From NCBI GenBank assembly GCA_007376395.1, contig VMGE01000001.1, forward strand, positions 25,635 through 89,634: DNA of 64,000 bases, in the 5' to 3' direction. Both the position numbers and the translations under genes were made by a program. Positions within the stretch are counted from its first letter, which is position 1, and the number at the start of each line of letters is the position of its first letter. The notes beneath the pieces are model-generated. The model was not told where the DNA came from. It saw nothing but the letters and a program-made list of their open reading frames with translations, and made no database searches. Origin of the DNA: Microgenomates group bacterium Gr01-1014_5. Its GTDB lineage: Bacteria > Patescibacteriota > Microgenomatia > UBA8517 > UBA10165. This document shows, piece by piece, positions 9,472-18,086 of the stretch.

Positions 9472-10053
9472 ATGGACATACAAAGACCCCTATCAAAACA
9501 ACCGCTCCCAAAAGAAGCAAAAAGAGTCTTTAAAGGGGTGATTTTTGACGTTTATCAATGGCAGCAAAAAATGTTTGACGGGAGTGTGCAAACGTTTGAA
9601 AAGCTTAAAAGAAAAGATACGGTCATTATCATTCCAATTACAGAAGAAGGTAAGATAATTTTAATCGAACAAGAACAGCCTGCTAGAAATCCCTTTATTG
9701 GTCTTGCCGGAGGCAGAATAAATGAAGGTGAAAATATAGAAACTGCTGCTTGTCGTGAATTACTCGAAGAAACAGGTTATGAGACTGACGAGCTAGTATT
9801 TTGGGACGCAATTCAGCCTGTAGGTAAAATTGAATGGTCGGTTTTTACTTTTATAGCTAAAAATTGCAGAAGGGTTAACGAGCCGCAATTAGATGCGGGA
9901 GAAAAAATGCGTCTTAAATTTGTTACTTTCGACGAGTTTGTAGAAATTGTTACGGATAACGGATTTGATGATTTAGAAATAGTAATGAAAGTAATGCGTG
10001 CCAAGCTTAACTCCAAAAAAATGGAAGATTTGAGAAAGTTATTTCTTTCCTAA
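9472..10053 (+). CDS. NUDIX hydrolase (ADP-ribose pyrophosphatase-like)
   Basis: Nudix box GGRINEGENIETAACRELLEETGY. Confidence 0.92.
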   Translation: MDIQRPLSKQPLPKEAKRVFKGVIFDVYQWQQKMFDGSVQTFEKLKRKDTVIIIPITEEGKIILIEQEQPARNPFIGLAGGRINEGENIETAACRELLEETGYETDELVFWDAIQPVGKIEWSVFTFIAKNCRRVNEPQLDAGEKMRLKFVTFDEFVEIVTDNGFDDLEIVMKVMRAKLNSKKMEDLRKLFLS

Positions 10054-10063
10054 CCCCCTCAGG

Positions 10064-10118
10064 TTAGTCAGGTTTTCACGCCCAACCGGTTAGATACAGG
10101 TGAGATATAGCTCAAGTA
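10064..10118 (+). repeat. direct repeat copy 2 (putative operator)
   Basis: See 9331-9385. Confidence 0.7.
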
Positions 10119-10181
10119 CGCTTGTTTCTCCTGGGTTATTCTTTACTCATACATATAAGCAACAGCTTGTTTGTAAAACAA

Positions 10182-10391
10182 ATGAAACAACTAATTAAAA
10201 ATATTCAAGATTGGCTTTTGGAAGACGGCAGATGCACAGGTTGCGGGAATGCTCTGGCAGAAGGAGTCAAGGAAAGATACGGAAACGAAATGTATATTAT
10301 CTGTAATTGTCTAAGGCTTTATGTCTATGATCGGCAATTGAAAGTATTTACCAAATGTGATTCAGAGTGCAGTCTTAGACAGGAGGGTTAA
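10182..10391 (+). CDS. small zinc-ribbon-like protein
   Basis: CTGCG, CNC and CDSEC cysteine motifs; ATG at 10182. Confidence 0.6.
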   Translation: MKQLIKNIQDWLLEDGRCTGCGNALAEGVKERYGNEMYIICNCLRLYVYDRQLKVFTKCDSECSLRQEG

Positions 10392-10444
10392 ATAACTATG
10401 GAAAGATCACCGCCTAAATAAATTTCACTTTAGTTCCAAGCATG

Positions 10445-10480
10445 AATCCACCGCGCGCTCAGCGAGGTGGATTTTCTTTT
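10445..10480 (+). terminator. intrinsic terminator
   Basis: AATCCACC...GGTGGATT stem followed by TTCTTTT. Confidence 0.7.
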
Positions 10481-10553
10481 GGGAGACGTAGGGGAATCGA
10501 ACCCCCGCCGATAGCTCCACAAGCTACCGTGCTACCATTACACCAACGCCTCC
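10480..10553 (-). tRNA. tRNA-His(GTG)
   Basis: Cloverleaf with G-1; GTAGC-TTGTGGA-GCTAT. Confidence 0.92.
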
Positions 10554-10623
10554 ATACAAATCGCTAACGTATTTTAGCACATTTTAGCCTTTTTCTTGTC
10601 TTGGGAGCCTCGGGTATTGTGTT

Positions 10624-11352
10624 TTAAGCCTGCTGAGAACCTTGTGACGATAACTTTGCATATTTGACTTGCGGTGTTTTTCTGGCAGTGTCAATGAGCC
10701 AACCAAGAACAGTTCTCGTGTATCCCCTTTCGTCAAAACGGCGGGAGGAAAGCTGGTTAATCATCTTCAAGTTGACCACTCCCTTTAGTTCTGGTCTTAC
10801 CCAAAATTTCTGGCTTATCCAGTAATCTTCGCCAATTACAGGTTCAAACCCTCCCAGACTAAGGAAAACATCTTTCTTAATCGCCAAATTATTACCTACA
10901 AGAAAAGTTTGCGAAAAAATCCTGTCATCCAAGACAACACAGCTATAGGCAAGAAGAGTGTACAAGTTATACCACACTTCTTTAAAGCTGTTGTCGTGCT
11001 GAAATATATTTAAGCCTGAAACGGCTGAGATGCGCGGATCTTTTAATGATTTTAAAGCTTCCTCCAGCCAATTTGGGCACATTTGACCATCGGCATCGAT
11101 AAAGCAGATAATATCTCCTCTGGACGCATGTGCGCCGGCGTTTCGAGCCTTACTAAGGCCTTGTGCGCCTTCCCAGACGACCATACAACCCAAACTTCTT
11201 GCCACTTCCGCTGTTTCGTCGCGGCTATTGTTGTCAACTACAATAATTTCGTCAAAAGGTTGAGTTTGAGCTTTTAGAGCAGAAACACACTCAGGAAGAC
11301 GTTTTCCTTCATTAAAGGCGGGTATGATAACTGAAGTTCTGATTCGTTCCAC
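10624..11352 (-). CDS. glycosyltransferase family 2
   Basis: SVIIPAFNE, IIVVDNNS, FIDAD, GED motifs; start set to GTG 11352 to avoid tRNA overlap. Confidence 0.9.
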   Translation of the reverse strand: MERIRTSVIIPAFNEGKRLPECVSALKAQTQPFDEIIVVDNNSRDETAEVARSLGCMVVWEGAQGLSKARNAGAHASRGDIICFIDADGQMCPNWLEEALKSLKDPRISAVSGLNIFQHDNSFKEVWYNLYTLLAYSCVVLDDRIFSQTFLVGNNLAIKKDVFLSLGGFEPVIGEDYWISQKFWVRPELKGVVNLKMINQLSSRRFDERGYTRTVLGWLIDTARKTPQVKYAKLSSQGSQQA

Positions 11353-11361
11353 TAAATTTTG

Positions 11362-11435
11362 TGACCCCGGGAGGACTCGAACCTCCAACCTAGAGTTTAG
11401 AACACTCCCACTCTATCCAGTTGAGCTACGGGGTC
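11362..11435 (-). tRNA. tRNA-Arg(TCT)
   Basis: Cloverleaf; GGAGT-GTTCTAA-ACTCT. Confidence 0.92.
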
Positions 11436-11719
11436 TTGTTAACTCCGATCCGATCGGAATTAACCAATGCTTCAATATACTTCCTACTTTTATAAGATTT
11501 CAATTGCCGTTCTCTTAACCTAGCTTCTAATATATTATCGTATTCTTCGGTATAAGCAAGTGTAAATGTCTTTAAAACTTTAGTTGTTCGAGTATGTCCG
11601 CCTTTGTGTTGCTTTAGCCTTCGTTCAAGATTGTTAGTCGAACCAACATAATACCTGCCCGTTTTGTCGTTTCTCGAAATATACAACCAGCCCCTCGTTT
11701 TGTGATATTTATCCGACAA
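11426..11719 (-). CDS. small GIY-YIG nuclease
   Basis: LYI...YYVGSTNNLERRLKQH...ARLRERQLK; stop codon lies inside the tRNA 5' end. Confidence 0.85.
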   Translation of the reverse strand: MSDKYHKTRGWLYISRNDKTGRYYVGSTNNLERRLKQHKGGHTRTTKVLKTFTLAYTEEYDNILEARLRERQLKSYKSRKYIEALVNSDRIGVNKTP

Positions 11720-11725
11720 GGTCGG

Positions 11726-11788
11726 ATCCAGTTGACCCCGATCATATCGGGGTTAACCCCGATTTAATCGGGGTTGAGCTACGGGGTC
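11726..11788 (-). pseudogene. duplicated 5' fragment of tRNA-Arg(TCT) interrupted by two tandem 21-bp palindromic units
   Basis: GACCCCGTAGCTCAAC...TGGAT identical to the tRNA, with a 42-bp insert at 11736-11777. Confidence 0.85.
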
Positions 11789-11890
11789 AATATTGGTATT
11801 TTACCAAATTTGAACGTATAAATCGAGTAACGCCTTTAATACCAATAGAAAGACTAGCCTATAATTCTATTTTTTGCTATAATTACACCC

Positions 11891-12607
11891 GTGTCTATAG
11901 AAGGAACTATTGTACCGACGAAGCCAGAGGGCGAAAAATGCACTGCAGAAGTTATGATCGCCATGCCTGATGGGTTATTAATACAGGGTTTAAAAATGCT
12001 TTTGGAAGCAAGAGGTGTTCAAGTTGGCAAGTTATGTTCGGATGCTAAAGACATAGACAAAATACTAGAATGTGCACCAACACCCGGAATACTTCTTGTA
12101 GACACTGATCTTCCTAACTTAAACCTCGTATCGTTATCAAAAAGCATAAAAGGCGGCAGAACAAAAATTATTCTTCTGGGTGAATTCTTTCATCCTGCAG
12201 GGCTTAGACTATATCAAAAGTTTGGTGTAAACAATGCAGTATTAAAATCTGATTCGGCTGACGATCTTGTAAAGACTATTTTGGGAACAAGAAACGGATC
12301 TTTATACAGAAGTCCCCGAATTGCAGAAGCGTATAGACTTGCAAACGCACAGGTCGAGACAATTGAGACAATCACCTTACGTGAGGCAGAGGTGCTAAGA
12401 CTAATTGTTAGACTTTATACAAACAAACAAATAGCCGTTATTTTGAAAATTAGTGTTAAAACAGTGGAAACACACCGTTCCCATATTCTAGATAAGACAG
12501 GTAACCCAAATTTAGCGAAGTTAACTGATATGGCTAACTGCTTAATAATCACAGCAGAACAAAAACCAGGTGGAAAAAGAGAACATTATGAATACGGTCA
12601 AAAGTAG
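11891..12607 (+). CDS. NarL/LuxR-family response regulator
   Basis: Receiver-like N-terminus; ITLREAEVL...TNKQIA...SVKTVETHRSHI LuxR HTH. Confidence 0.85.
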   Translation: MSIEGTIVPTKPEGEKCTAEVMIAMPDGLLIQGLKMLLEARGVQVGKLCSDAKDIDKILECAPTPGILLVDTDLPNLNLVSLSKSIKGGRTKIILLGEFFHPAGLRLYQKFGVNNAVLKSDSADDLVKTILGTRNGSLYRSPRIAEAYRLANAQVETIETITLREAEVLRLIVRLYTNKQIAVILKISVKTVETHRSHILDKTGNPNLAKLTDMANCLIITAEQKPGGKREHYEYGQK

Positions 12608-12644
12608 CCTAAAAGTATAGGAGTAAAATATATTATTTCAACCT

Positions 12645-12745
12645 GAGCGGGAGATGCAAGTTATTCCGAACTCTTTCTCCCACACACCCTATCTCATTTT
12701 AGCAACTTAATGGTAACCTATCAAGCTAAGAATGCTACTGTTTGA
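12645..12745 (+). repeat. second attL-like copy (older integration relic)
   Basis: GAGCGGGAGATGCAAGTTATTCCGAACTCTTTCTCCC...; near-identical to 14016 onward. Confidence 0.8.
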
Positions 12746-12757
12746 TATAATCTACGC

Positions 12758-13615
12758 ATGCTAGAACAACACGTGGGTCCAAAACTTCTAACCTATTCAA
12801 AAGAGTGGGCTACATACACAGATAAATACACGGCTTATCTTCGTTTCATTAATAAAGTAGTGGGATCAACTAGTTCTGTCTACACACAATTTGAATATAC
12901 AGGAATATTCTTAGCACTTCTTGAAAATTCCGATAACAACCCACAATTAAGGAATCTACGTGGTCAAATAGAAACTGCGCCTAATCCTAGCACTGTTGCA
13001 CAAGAAGCCTTAACTTGTCTTCCCTTTGACGGTATAAGAATTATGGAAATTGGCGGCCCTTTCGGGCAAATTTTGCACGCCATGGGTGCGGAGGTTTGGT
13101 GTGTAGATCCGGATATTGAAGGGGAAAGTGGGTGGCAGAAATTAAATTGGACATATTCACCCACTAGCAGAGCCCATCTTTACCATGCTGTCCCTCACAG
13201 AATAACTTTCGTAAACTGGGAAACGCTTATTAGAGAGAGAAATTTTGATGCTATATATTCTAGTGATGTGTTGAGTACGAATAGTGGTGCCTCAAGCGAC
13301 TGGAGAAAACACCTCCCTGATTTTAGTGGTGATTATCACGAAGCTCAAGCGGAGTGGGTAAGAGTAACTACGAAAAACAAGTCTCTCGAAGCACTGGCAA
13401 GAAAAGAAATATTCCTTGTTTCAGCACTCGCCTCTAAAAAAGGTGGACTTGTAATGCACAAGGGGGATGCTCTTGCAGAAATTAGACCAATCGCGCCAGA
13501 GGCAGGATTGGATCTTATAGAGAAAAGATTTGATTATTTATTTGATAGTCAAACAAGGCAACCTTATGATGGTGCTGAATTATTGGTCTTTAGAAAACAA
13601 AGAGATGGGGTTTGA
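12758..13615 (+). CDS. class I SAM-methyltransferase-like protein
   Basis: RIMEIGGP, VWCVDP, NFDAIYS motifs. Confidence 0.5.
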   Translation: MLEQHVGPKLLTYSKEWATYTDKYTAYLRFINKVVGSTSSVYTQFEYTGIFLALLENSDNNPQLRNLRGQIETAPNPSTVAQEALTCLPFDGIRIMEIGGPFGQILHAMGAEVWCVDPDIEGESGWQKLNWTYSPTSRAHLYHAVPHRITFVNWETLIRERNFDAIYSSDVLSTNSGASSDWRKHLPDFSGDYHEAQAEWVRVTTKNKSLEALARKEIFLVSALASKKGGLVMHKGDALAEIRPIAPEAGLDLIEKRFDYLFDSQTRQPYDGAELLVFRKQRDGV

Positions 13616-13703
13616 ACCAAAGTGAAGCTAGAAGAGTCTAAAAATATTAGAGAGAGACGGGAAACCCTAGTATTTATAAAATTTTCAAGGCTAAATTTTG
13701 AAT

Positions 13704-13955
13704 TTAATCAATTATAGGAGCTAGTATTTTTCTTAGCTGTCTTCTACCCCAAGAAGTTTTAAGATACTCTTCTCTTTTAAGAGCTTCGAGTCTATTCGGA
13801 TACTCTTCCTTGTAAATTAATTTAAACGGAATTCTGTGTCTTGTAGATTGAACCTGACCTGTATTGTGATCCTGAAGTCTTCTTTCTATATTATTAGTGC
13901 AACCAACATAAGTTCTTTTATCTTTAAGACTTTGCAAAACATATACCGTACACAC
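13704..13955 (-). CDS. small GIY-YIG nuclease
   Basis: VYVLQS...TYVGCTNNIERRLQDHN...EALKREEYLKT. Confidence 0.9.
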   Translation of the reverse strand: MCTVYVLQSLKDKRTYVGCTNNIERRLQDHNTGQVQSTRHRIPFKLIYKEEYPNRLEALKREEYLKTSWGRRQLRKILAPIID

Positions 13956-13970
13956 ACGTTTAGTTTAATG

Positions 13971-14013
13971 AGTCCGTCTCCTCGTCCGCCTTTGGCGAGA
14001 CGGGGACGAGACT
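13971..14013. repeat. GC-rich palindrome with CGCC-TTT-GGCG core
   Basis: AGTC CGTCTC CT CGTC CGCC TTT GGCG A GACG GGGACG A GACT. Confidence 0.7.
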
Positions 14014-14111
14014 ATGAGCGGGAGACGCAAGTTATTCCGAACTCTTTCTCCCTCACATCCTAGCTCATTTTAACAGGTTAATGGAAGCCTATCAAGTCGA
14101 AAAGGAGGAAA

Positions 14112-14570
14112 ATGGATCGTTCTAACGCTCTAAATACCTCTTCTTTGTTTGATGAGGCTACTTTCTATAAAAAGTTCCTTAAAGACTTGGCATATTGTAG
14201 CCATGAATTAATTATAGAAAGCCCATATATCACATCCGGAAGGATGAAAACCTTATGGCCTACCCTAAAAAAGTTACTTGGCAGAGGTGTCAAAATCTAT
14301 TTTCTTACCAGAGACCCTAGAGAACACGAATTAGGCATGGAGTATCAGTCGGAAGATGAAATTAGGTACTGTGAAGAGCTTGGAATACAAGTTTTACTGT
14401 GCGCTGGTAATCACCACCGAAAACTAGCTATTCTTGATAGAAAGGTGCTTTGGGAAGGTAGCCTTAACATTCTCTCTCAGGCGCACAGTCGTGAGATTAT
14501 GAGAAGAATTGAAGGAAAAGAAATGGCACTTCAGATGTTTAATTTTTTGAGGCTGGATAATTTTATCTAG
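14112..14570 (+). CDS. phospholipase D-family (single HKD) nuclease
   Basis: IESPYI; HHRKLAILD...WEGSLN. Confidence 0.85.
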   Translation: MDRSNALNTSSLFDEATFYKKFLKDLAYCSHELIIESPYITSGRMKTLWPTLKKLLGRGVKIYFLTRDPREHELGMEYQSEDEIRYCEELGIQVLLCAGNHHRKLAILDRKVLWEGSLNILSQAHSREIMRRIEGKEMALQMFNFLRLDNFI

Positions 14571-14779
14571 CTGACTACAAACTTCGTTTTCAAGGCTCTT
14601 GCGATACTCTCCAGTATTTCAAAAGAGGGATTTACCTCTCCTCTTTCGATACGAGCATAATAATTTACATGGACACCGGCTTTCTCGGCAACTTCTACTT
14701 GAGTTAATTTAGCCTGTTTTCTAGCCTTTTTTATGGTTTTTCCTAGTTGATCTTGTGACCCCATATTTGGATTATACAA
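14567..14779 (-). CDS. XRE-family HTH regulator
   Basis: LTQVEVAEKAGVHVNYYARIERGEVNPS. Confidence 0.9.
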   Translation of the reverse strand: MYNPNMGSQDQLGKTIKKARKQAKLTQVEVAEKAGVHVNYYARIERGEVNPSFEILESIARALKTKFVVS

Positions 14780-14864
14780 CTTTTGTGGATAGTTTGCTTC
14801 TGTCTTATAGGCAGAGTTTCTGCTAAAATTGATCTGGTTTGTACCTTTTTAAGAATTTTAAGAT

Positions 14865-17800
14865 ATGTCGCAGTTTTTACGAAGCTATTTAGCTACAAAA
14901 CTTACTTTAAGGCGTTCAATTACTGACCCTGAAAAGTTAAATACCAGTATAAGGTCAGCAAATGTAGATTTAAACCCTCATCAAGTTGACTCCGCCGTAT
15001 TTGCGTTTAATAGTCCTCTCTCAAGGGGCGCCATTCTTGCTGATGAAGTCGGATTAGGTAAAACAATTGAGGCAGGACTTATTATTAATCAATTATGGGT
15101 CGAGGGGCAAAGAAAAATATTAATCCTAGTACCTGCATCTTTGCGAACTCAATGGGCAGATGAACTTAGAGATAAGTTTGGACTTGATTCTACAATTCTA
15201 GATTCCAAAATACTGAAACAATTACAACAATCTACCGATTCGTTTAATCCTCTTGATAATCCCAAAATCTTTATAGCTTCTCATAATTTTGCATATAAAA
15301 ACGAATTACATGTTAAAAAAACACCTTGGGATTTAGTAGTTATTGATGAAGCACACAGAATGAGAAATGTTTATAGGAAGGGTAACAAAACTGCAAAAAA
15401 ACTCAGAGAGACTATTTTAGGAAGACCAAAATTATTATTAACAGCAACTCCTTTACAAAATAGCTTAATGGAATTATTCGGCCTCGTTAGTTTTATTGAT
15501 GAAAAATATTTAGGCGACCCTGACTCTTTCAAATTTTTATATGTACAGCAACGAGGCACTAATAATGAGGCACAAAGGACTAAATTATCAGATCTTAGGG
15601 AGAGATTAATGGGGATAATTGATAAAAACACTGGCGAAACAGAGGGTGGAATAATGACTAGAACTCTTAGAAAACAGGTTAGAGGTTTAATCCCATTTAC
15701 CAATAGATTCAATATCACAGAAGATTTTAATCCAAATGACGACGAGGTAGAACTCTATAACAGCGTAAGTGATTATATTCAAAGACCTCTTCTAGCTTCT
15801 ACTAAGGCAACACAACGACACATGATGGAACTTGTTTATAGAAAAATATTAGCAAGCTCGTCGTTTGCTATTGCCGGAACTCTATTTCGGGTATCTCAAT
15901 TTCTAGCTAAAAGGTTGCAAAAGGAACACAAGGTTCAGATTGAAGAATTACAAGCCGTAGCCGATTTAGTATTAGTTGATGCCGACCAAAGGTTTGGCAG
16001 AAAATTTGATAAATTCGAAGTCGAAAAAGTTGAGGAAGTAGTTGAAGAAGAACAATTATCAATATTAAACGATATTGAGCTCTCGCTTGATGATTTAGAA
16101 GAAGAGGAAGGAGACGCTATTCAGGATGAACTAACAAAAATTGAAGAGGGCGAAGATTCCCCTAAGGAGTTGGAGGAAATACAAGAGAGAGAAATTGATC
16201 ACAAGTTTTCAAAAGAGGAAATTATTAGTGAATTTAAAGATGTTCTTGGCTACTACTTACTTGCTACTTCAATCGATAAAAATCAAAAAAGCCAATCATT
16301 GATTAGAGCGTTAAAAAAAGTTTTCGATCATGCTGAAAAAAAGAATTGGCCTAAAAAAGCAGTAATCTTTACCGAGTCGCGCAGGACTCAAGACCACCTC
16401 GAAAACATATTATCTCTGGCTGGTTATGAAGATAATATTATCTTGTTTAATGGTTCTAATGCCGGTAAAAAAGCAAAAGATATTTATCAAGAATGGGCTA
16501 ACGAGTTTCCTGACGAAGCAGAGAAAAATCCAAAATCTATTAGTTTGAGAAAAGCGTTAGTTTGGAAATTCAGAACCTTAAAAGAAGCTATTTTAATCAC
16601 TACTGAGGCTGGTGCAGAAGGTATTAATTTACAATTTTGTAATATTGTAGTGAATTATGACCTTCCTTGGAATCCTCAAAGGATAGAGCAAAGAATAGGA
16701 AGATGTCATAGATACGGACAGGAATTAGATGTATTAGTTATTAATTTTCTCAATAAAAGAAATTATGCGGATGAAAGAGTTTATGAATTACTACGAGAAA
16801 AAATAAAGCTATTTGGAAACTTGTTTGATTTTAGCGACAAAATCCTTGGAACTGAAGAGCAAACTGATGATGGTTATGAAGTTAGAGAAATTGCATTGGG
16901 TTCTTTAGATAGTGGCGTTGGATTTGAACGAAAGGTGCTTAATATCTATCAAAAATGCAGAACCAAAGTTCAAATAGAGAAGGAATTTAATCAATTAGAG
17001 TTAGATTTGTCGAGTGAGATAGAAGAAAAATTTGAAAATACACAAAGAAAAGTTATCCAACACTTCGATGAAGAAGTTAGGGCTAAATTAAGGATTAGAA
17101 ATCAAAAAATATCTGAAATGCTTAACTCTTTTGATAGAGATTTAGAGCGTTATATTAAGCTAGTTTTTAACTCTGGACTAAGGCAAATTGATGAACATAG
17201 ATTTGAAGTTAAGCATGTCCCTAAAGATATTGAGAAGTCTGATATTAAAAATCTGGTTGGAAAAATATTAGGAATTGGGGTAGTTACAGATATCGAAAGA
17301 CAAAAAGGTGTACTACCAATACACACAGAAACACAATATTTTTCTGATTTACTTAAAAAAGATGCCAAAGATAAGGATTTTATTTATAAGATTACCTTTA
17401 GCCATGACGGTGAGTCAAAGCGCTTAGATTTTAAAGATATTCATGGGAGGAATGGATTATTGAGCATTGTAAAAGTAGTTTGCCGTAGAAAAACAATAAA
17501 TAATATTGATGAAGTATTTGAAGAATTAGTTTTTACTTGCTTAGTAAAAGATGAAGCATCTTGGGCACTTCCTACAAAAGTTGAGGATGGAAAAGGCTGG
17601 AGTAACATTGGGAGTTATAAAGCAGAAAAAATAGTAAATTTATTGGTTAAAAATGAAAAACAAGCAGAATTTGAGATTCCTAATATTCTCAAAATATGTT
17701 CAGAAGAGAATATAAATTTAAAGAAGGAAGAGTTTATTGAGAAAAACCAAGGTTTTATAGAAAAAATGCGCGATCAATTAAATCAATATAGCGATGATGT

Positions 17801-18086
17801 TCTATTAAGATTCAAAAGAGAGATGGACGAAAGAGAGGAAGAAATTAGGGCGCTAGAAAGAAGTATGAAAGGCTCTAAGACGACAGGATTTCATGAACGA
17901 CAACAAATTCAGCAAGATATAGATAAAAAGCAACGACAATATGCCCAAGCAGTCAAGAAACACGCAGAAATGCAGTTGGGTTTATTCAACGATAAAGATA
18001 AGAGTTTAAAAGATTTAGAAAAAAAATTGACCTTAGGTTTTGAACTAGTACAATTGGCAACAATTTCATTTACAATTGAATCATGA
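14865..18086 (+). CDS. SNF2-family (RapA/DrmD-like) helicase
   Basis: LADEVGLGKT, DEAH, LTATP, EGINLQ, QRIGRCHRYGQ. Confidence 0.92.
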   Translation: MSQFLRSYLATKLTLRRSITDPEKLNTSIRSANVDLNPHQVDSAVFAFNSPLSRGAILADEVGLGKTIEAGLIINQLWVEGQRKILILVPASLRTQWADELRDKFGLDSTILDSKILKQLQQSTDSFNPLDNPKIFIASHNFAYKNELHVKKTPWDLVVIDEAHRMRNVYRKGNKTAKKLRETILGRPKLLLTATPLQNSLMELFGLVSFIDEKYLGDPDSFKFLYVQQRGTNNEAQRTKLSDLRERLMGIIDKNTGETEGGIMTRTLRKQVRGLIPFTNRFNITEDFNPNDDEVELYNSVSDYIQRPLLASTKATQRHMMELVYRKILASSSFAIAGTLFRVSQFLAKRLQKEHKVQIEELQAVADLVLVDADQRFGRKFDKFEVEKVEEVVEEEQLSILNDIELSLDDLEEEEGDAIQDELTKIEEGEDSPKELEEIQEREIDHKFSKEEIISEFKDVLGYYLLATSIDKNQKSQSLIRALKKVFDHAEKKNWPKKAVIFTESRRTQDHLENILSLAGYEDNIILFNGSNAGKKAKDIYQEWANEFPDEAEKNPKSISLRKALVWKFRTLKEAILITTEAGAEGINLQFCNIVVNYDLPWNPQRIEQRIGRCHRYGQELDVLVINFLNKRNYADERVYELLREKIKLFGNLFDFSDKILGTEEQTDDGYEVREIALGSLDSGVGFERKVLNIYQKCRTKVQIEKEFNQLELDLSSEIEEKFENTQRKVIQHFDEEVRAKLRIRNQKISEMLNSFDRDLERYIKLVFNSGLRQIDEHRFEVKHVPKDIEKSDIKNLVGKILGIGVVTDIERQKGVLPIHTETQYFSDLLKKDAKDKDFIYKITFSHDGESKRLDFKDIHGRNGLLSIVKVVCRRKTINNIDEVFEELVFTCLVKDEASWALPTKVEDGKGWSNIGSYKAEKIVNLLVKNEKQAEFEIPNILKICSEENINLKKEEFIEKNQGFIEKMRDQLNQYSDDVLLRFKREMDEREEEIRALERSMKGSKTTGFHERQQIQQDIDKKQRQYAQAVKKHAEMQLGLFNDKDKSLKDLEKKLTLGFELVQLATISFTIES

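Noticed and set aside
10398-10421. Mini-ORF MERSPPK after AGGAGG
   Set aside because: Too short to support, and SD spacing is long
11353-11388. GT2 N-terminal extension MEVRVLPGSQNL
   Set aside because: It is a translation of the tRNA-Arg T-arm; the dxr TTG at 38774 inside tRNA-Phe is rejected for the same reason
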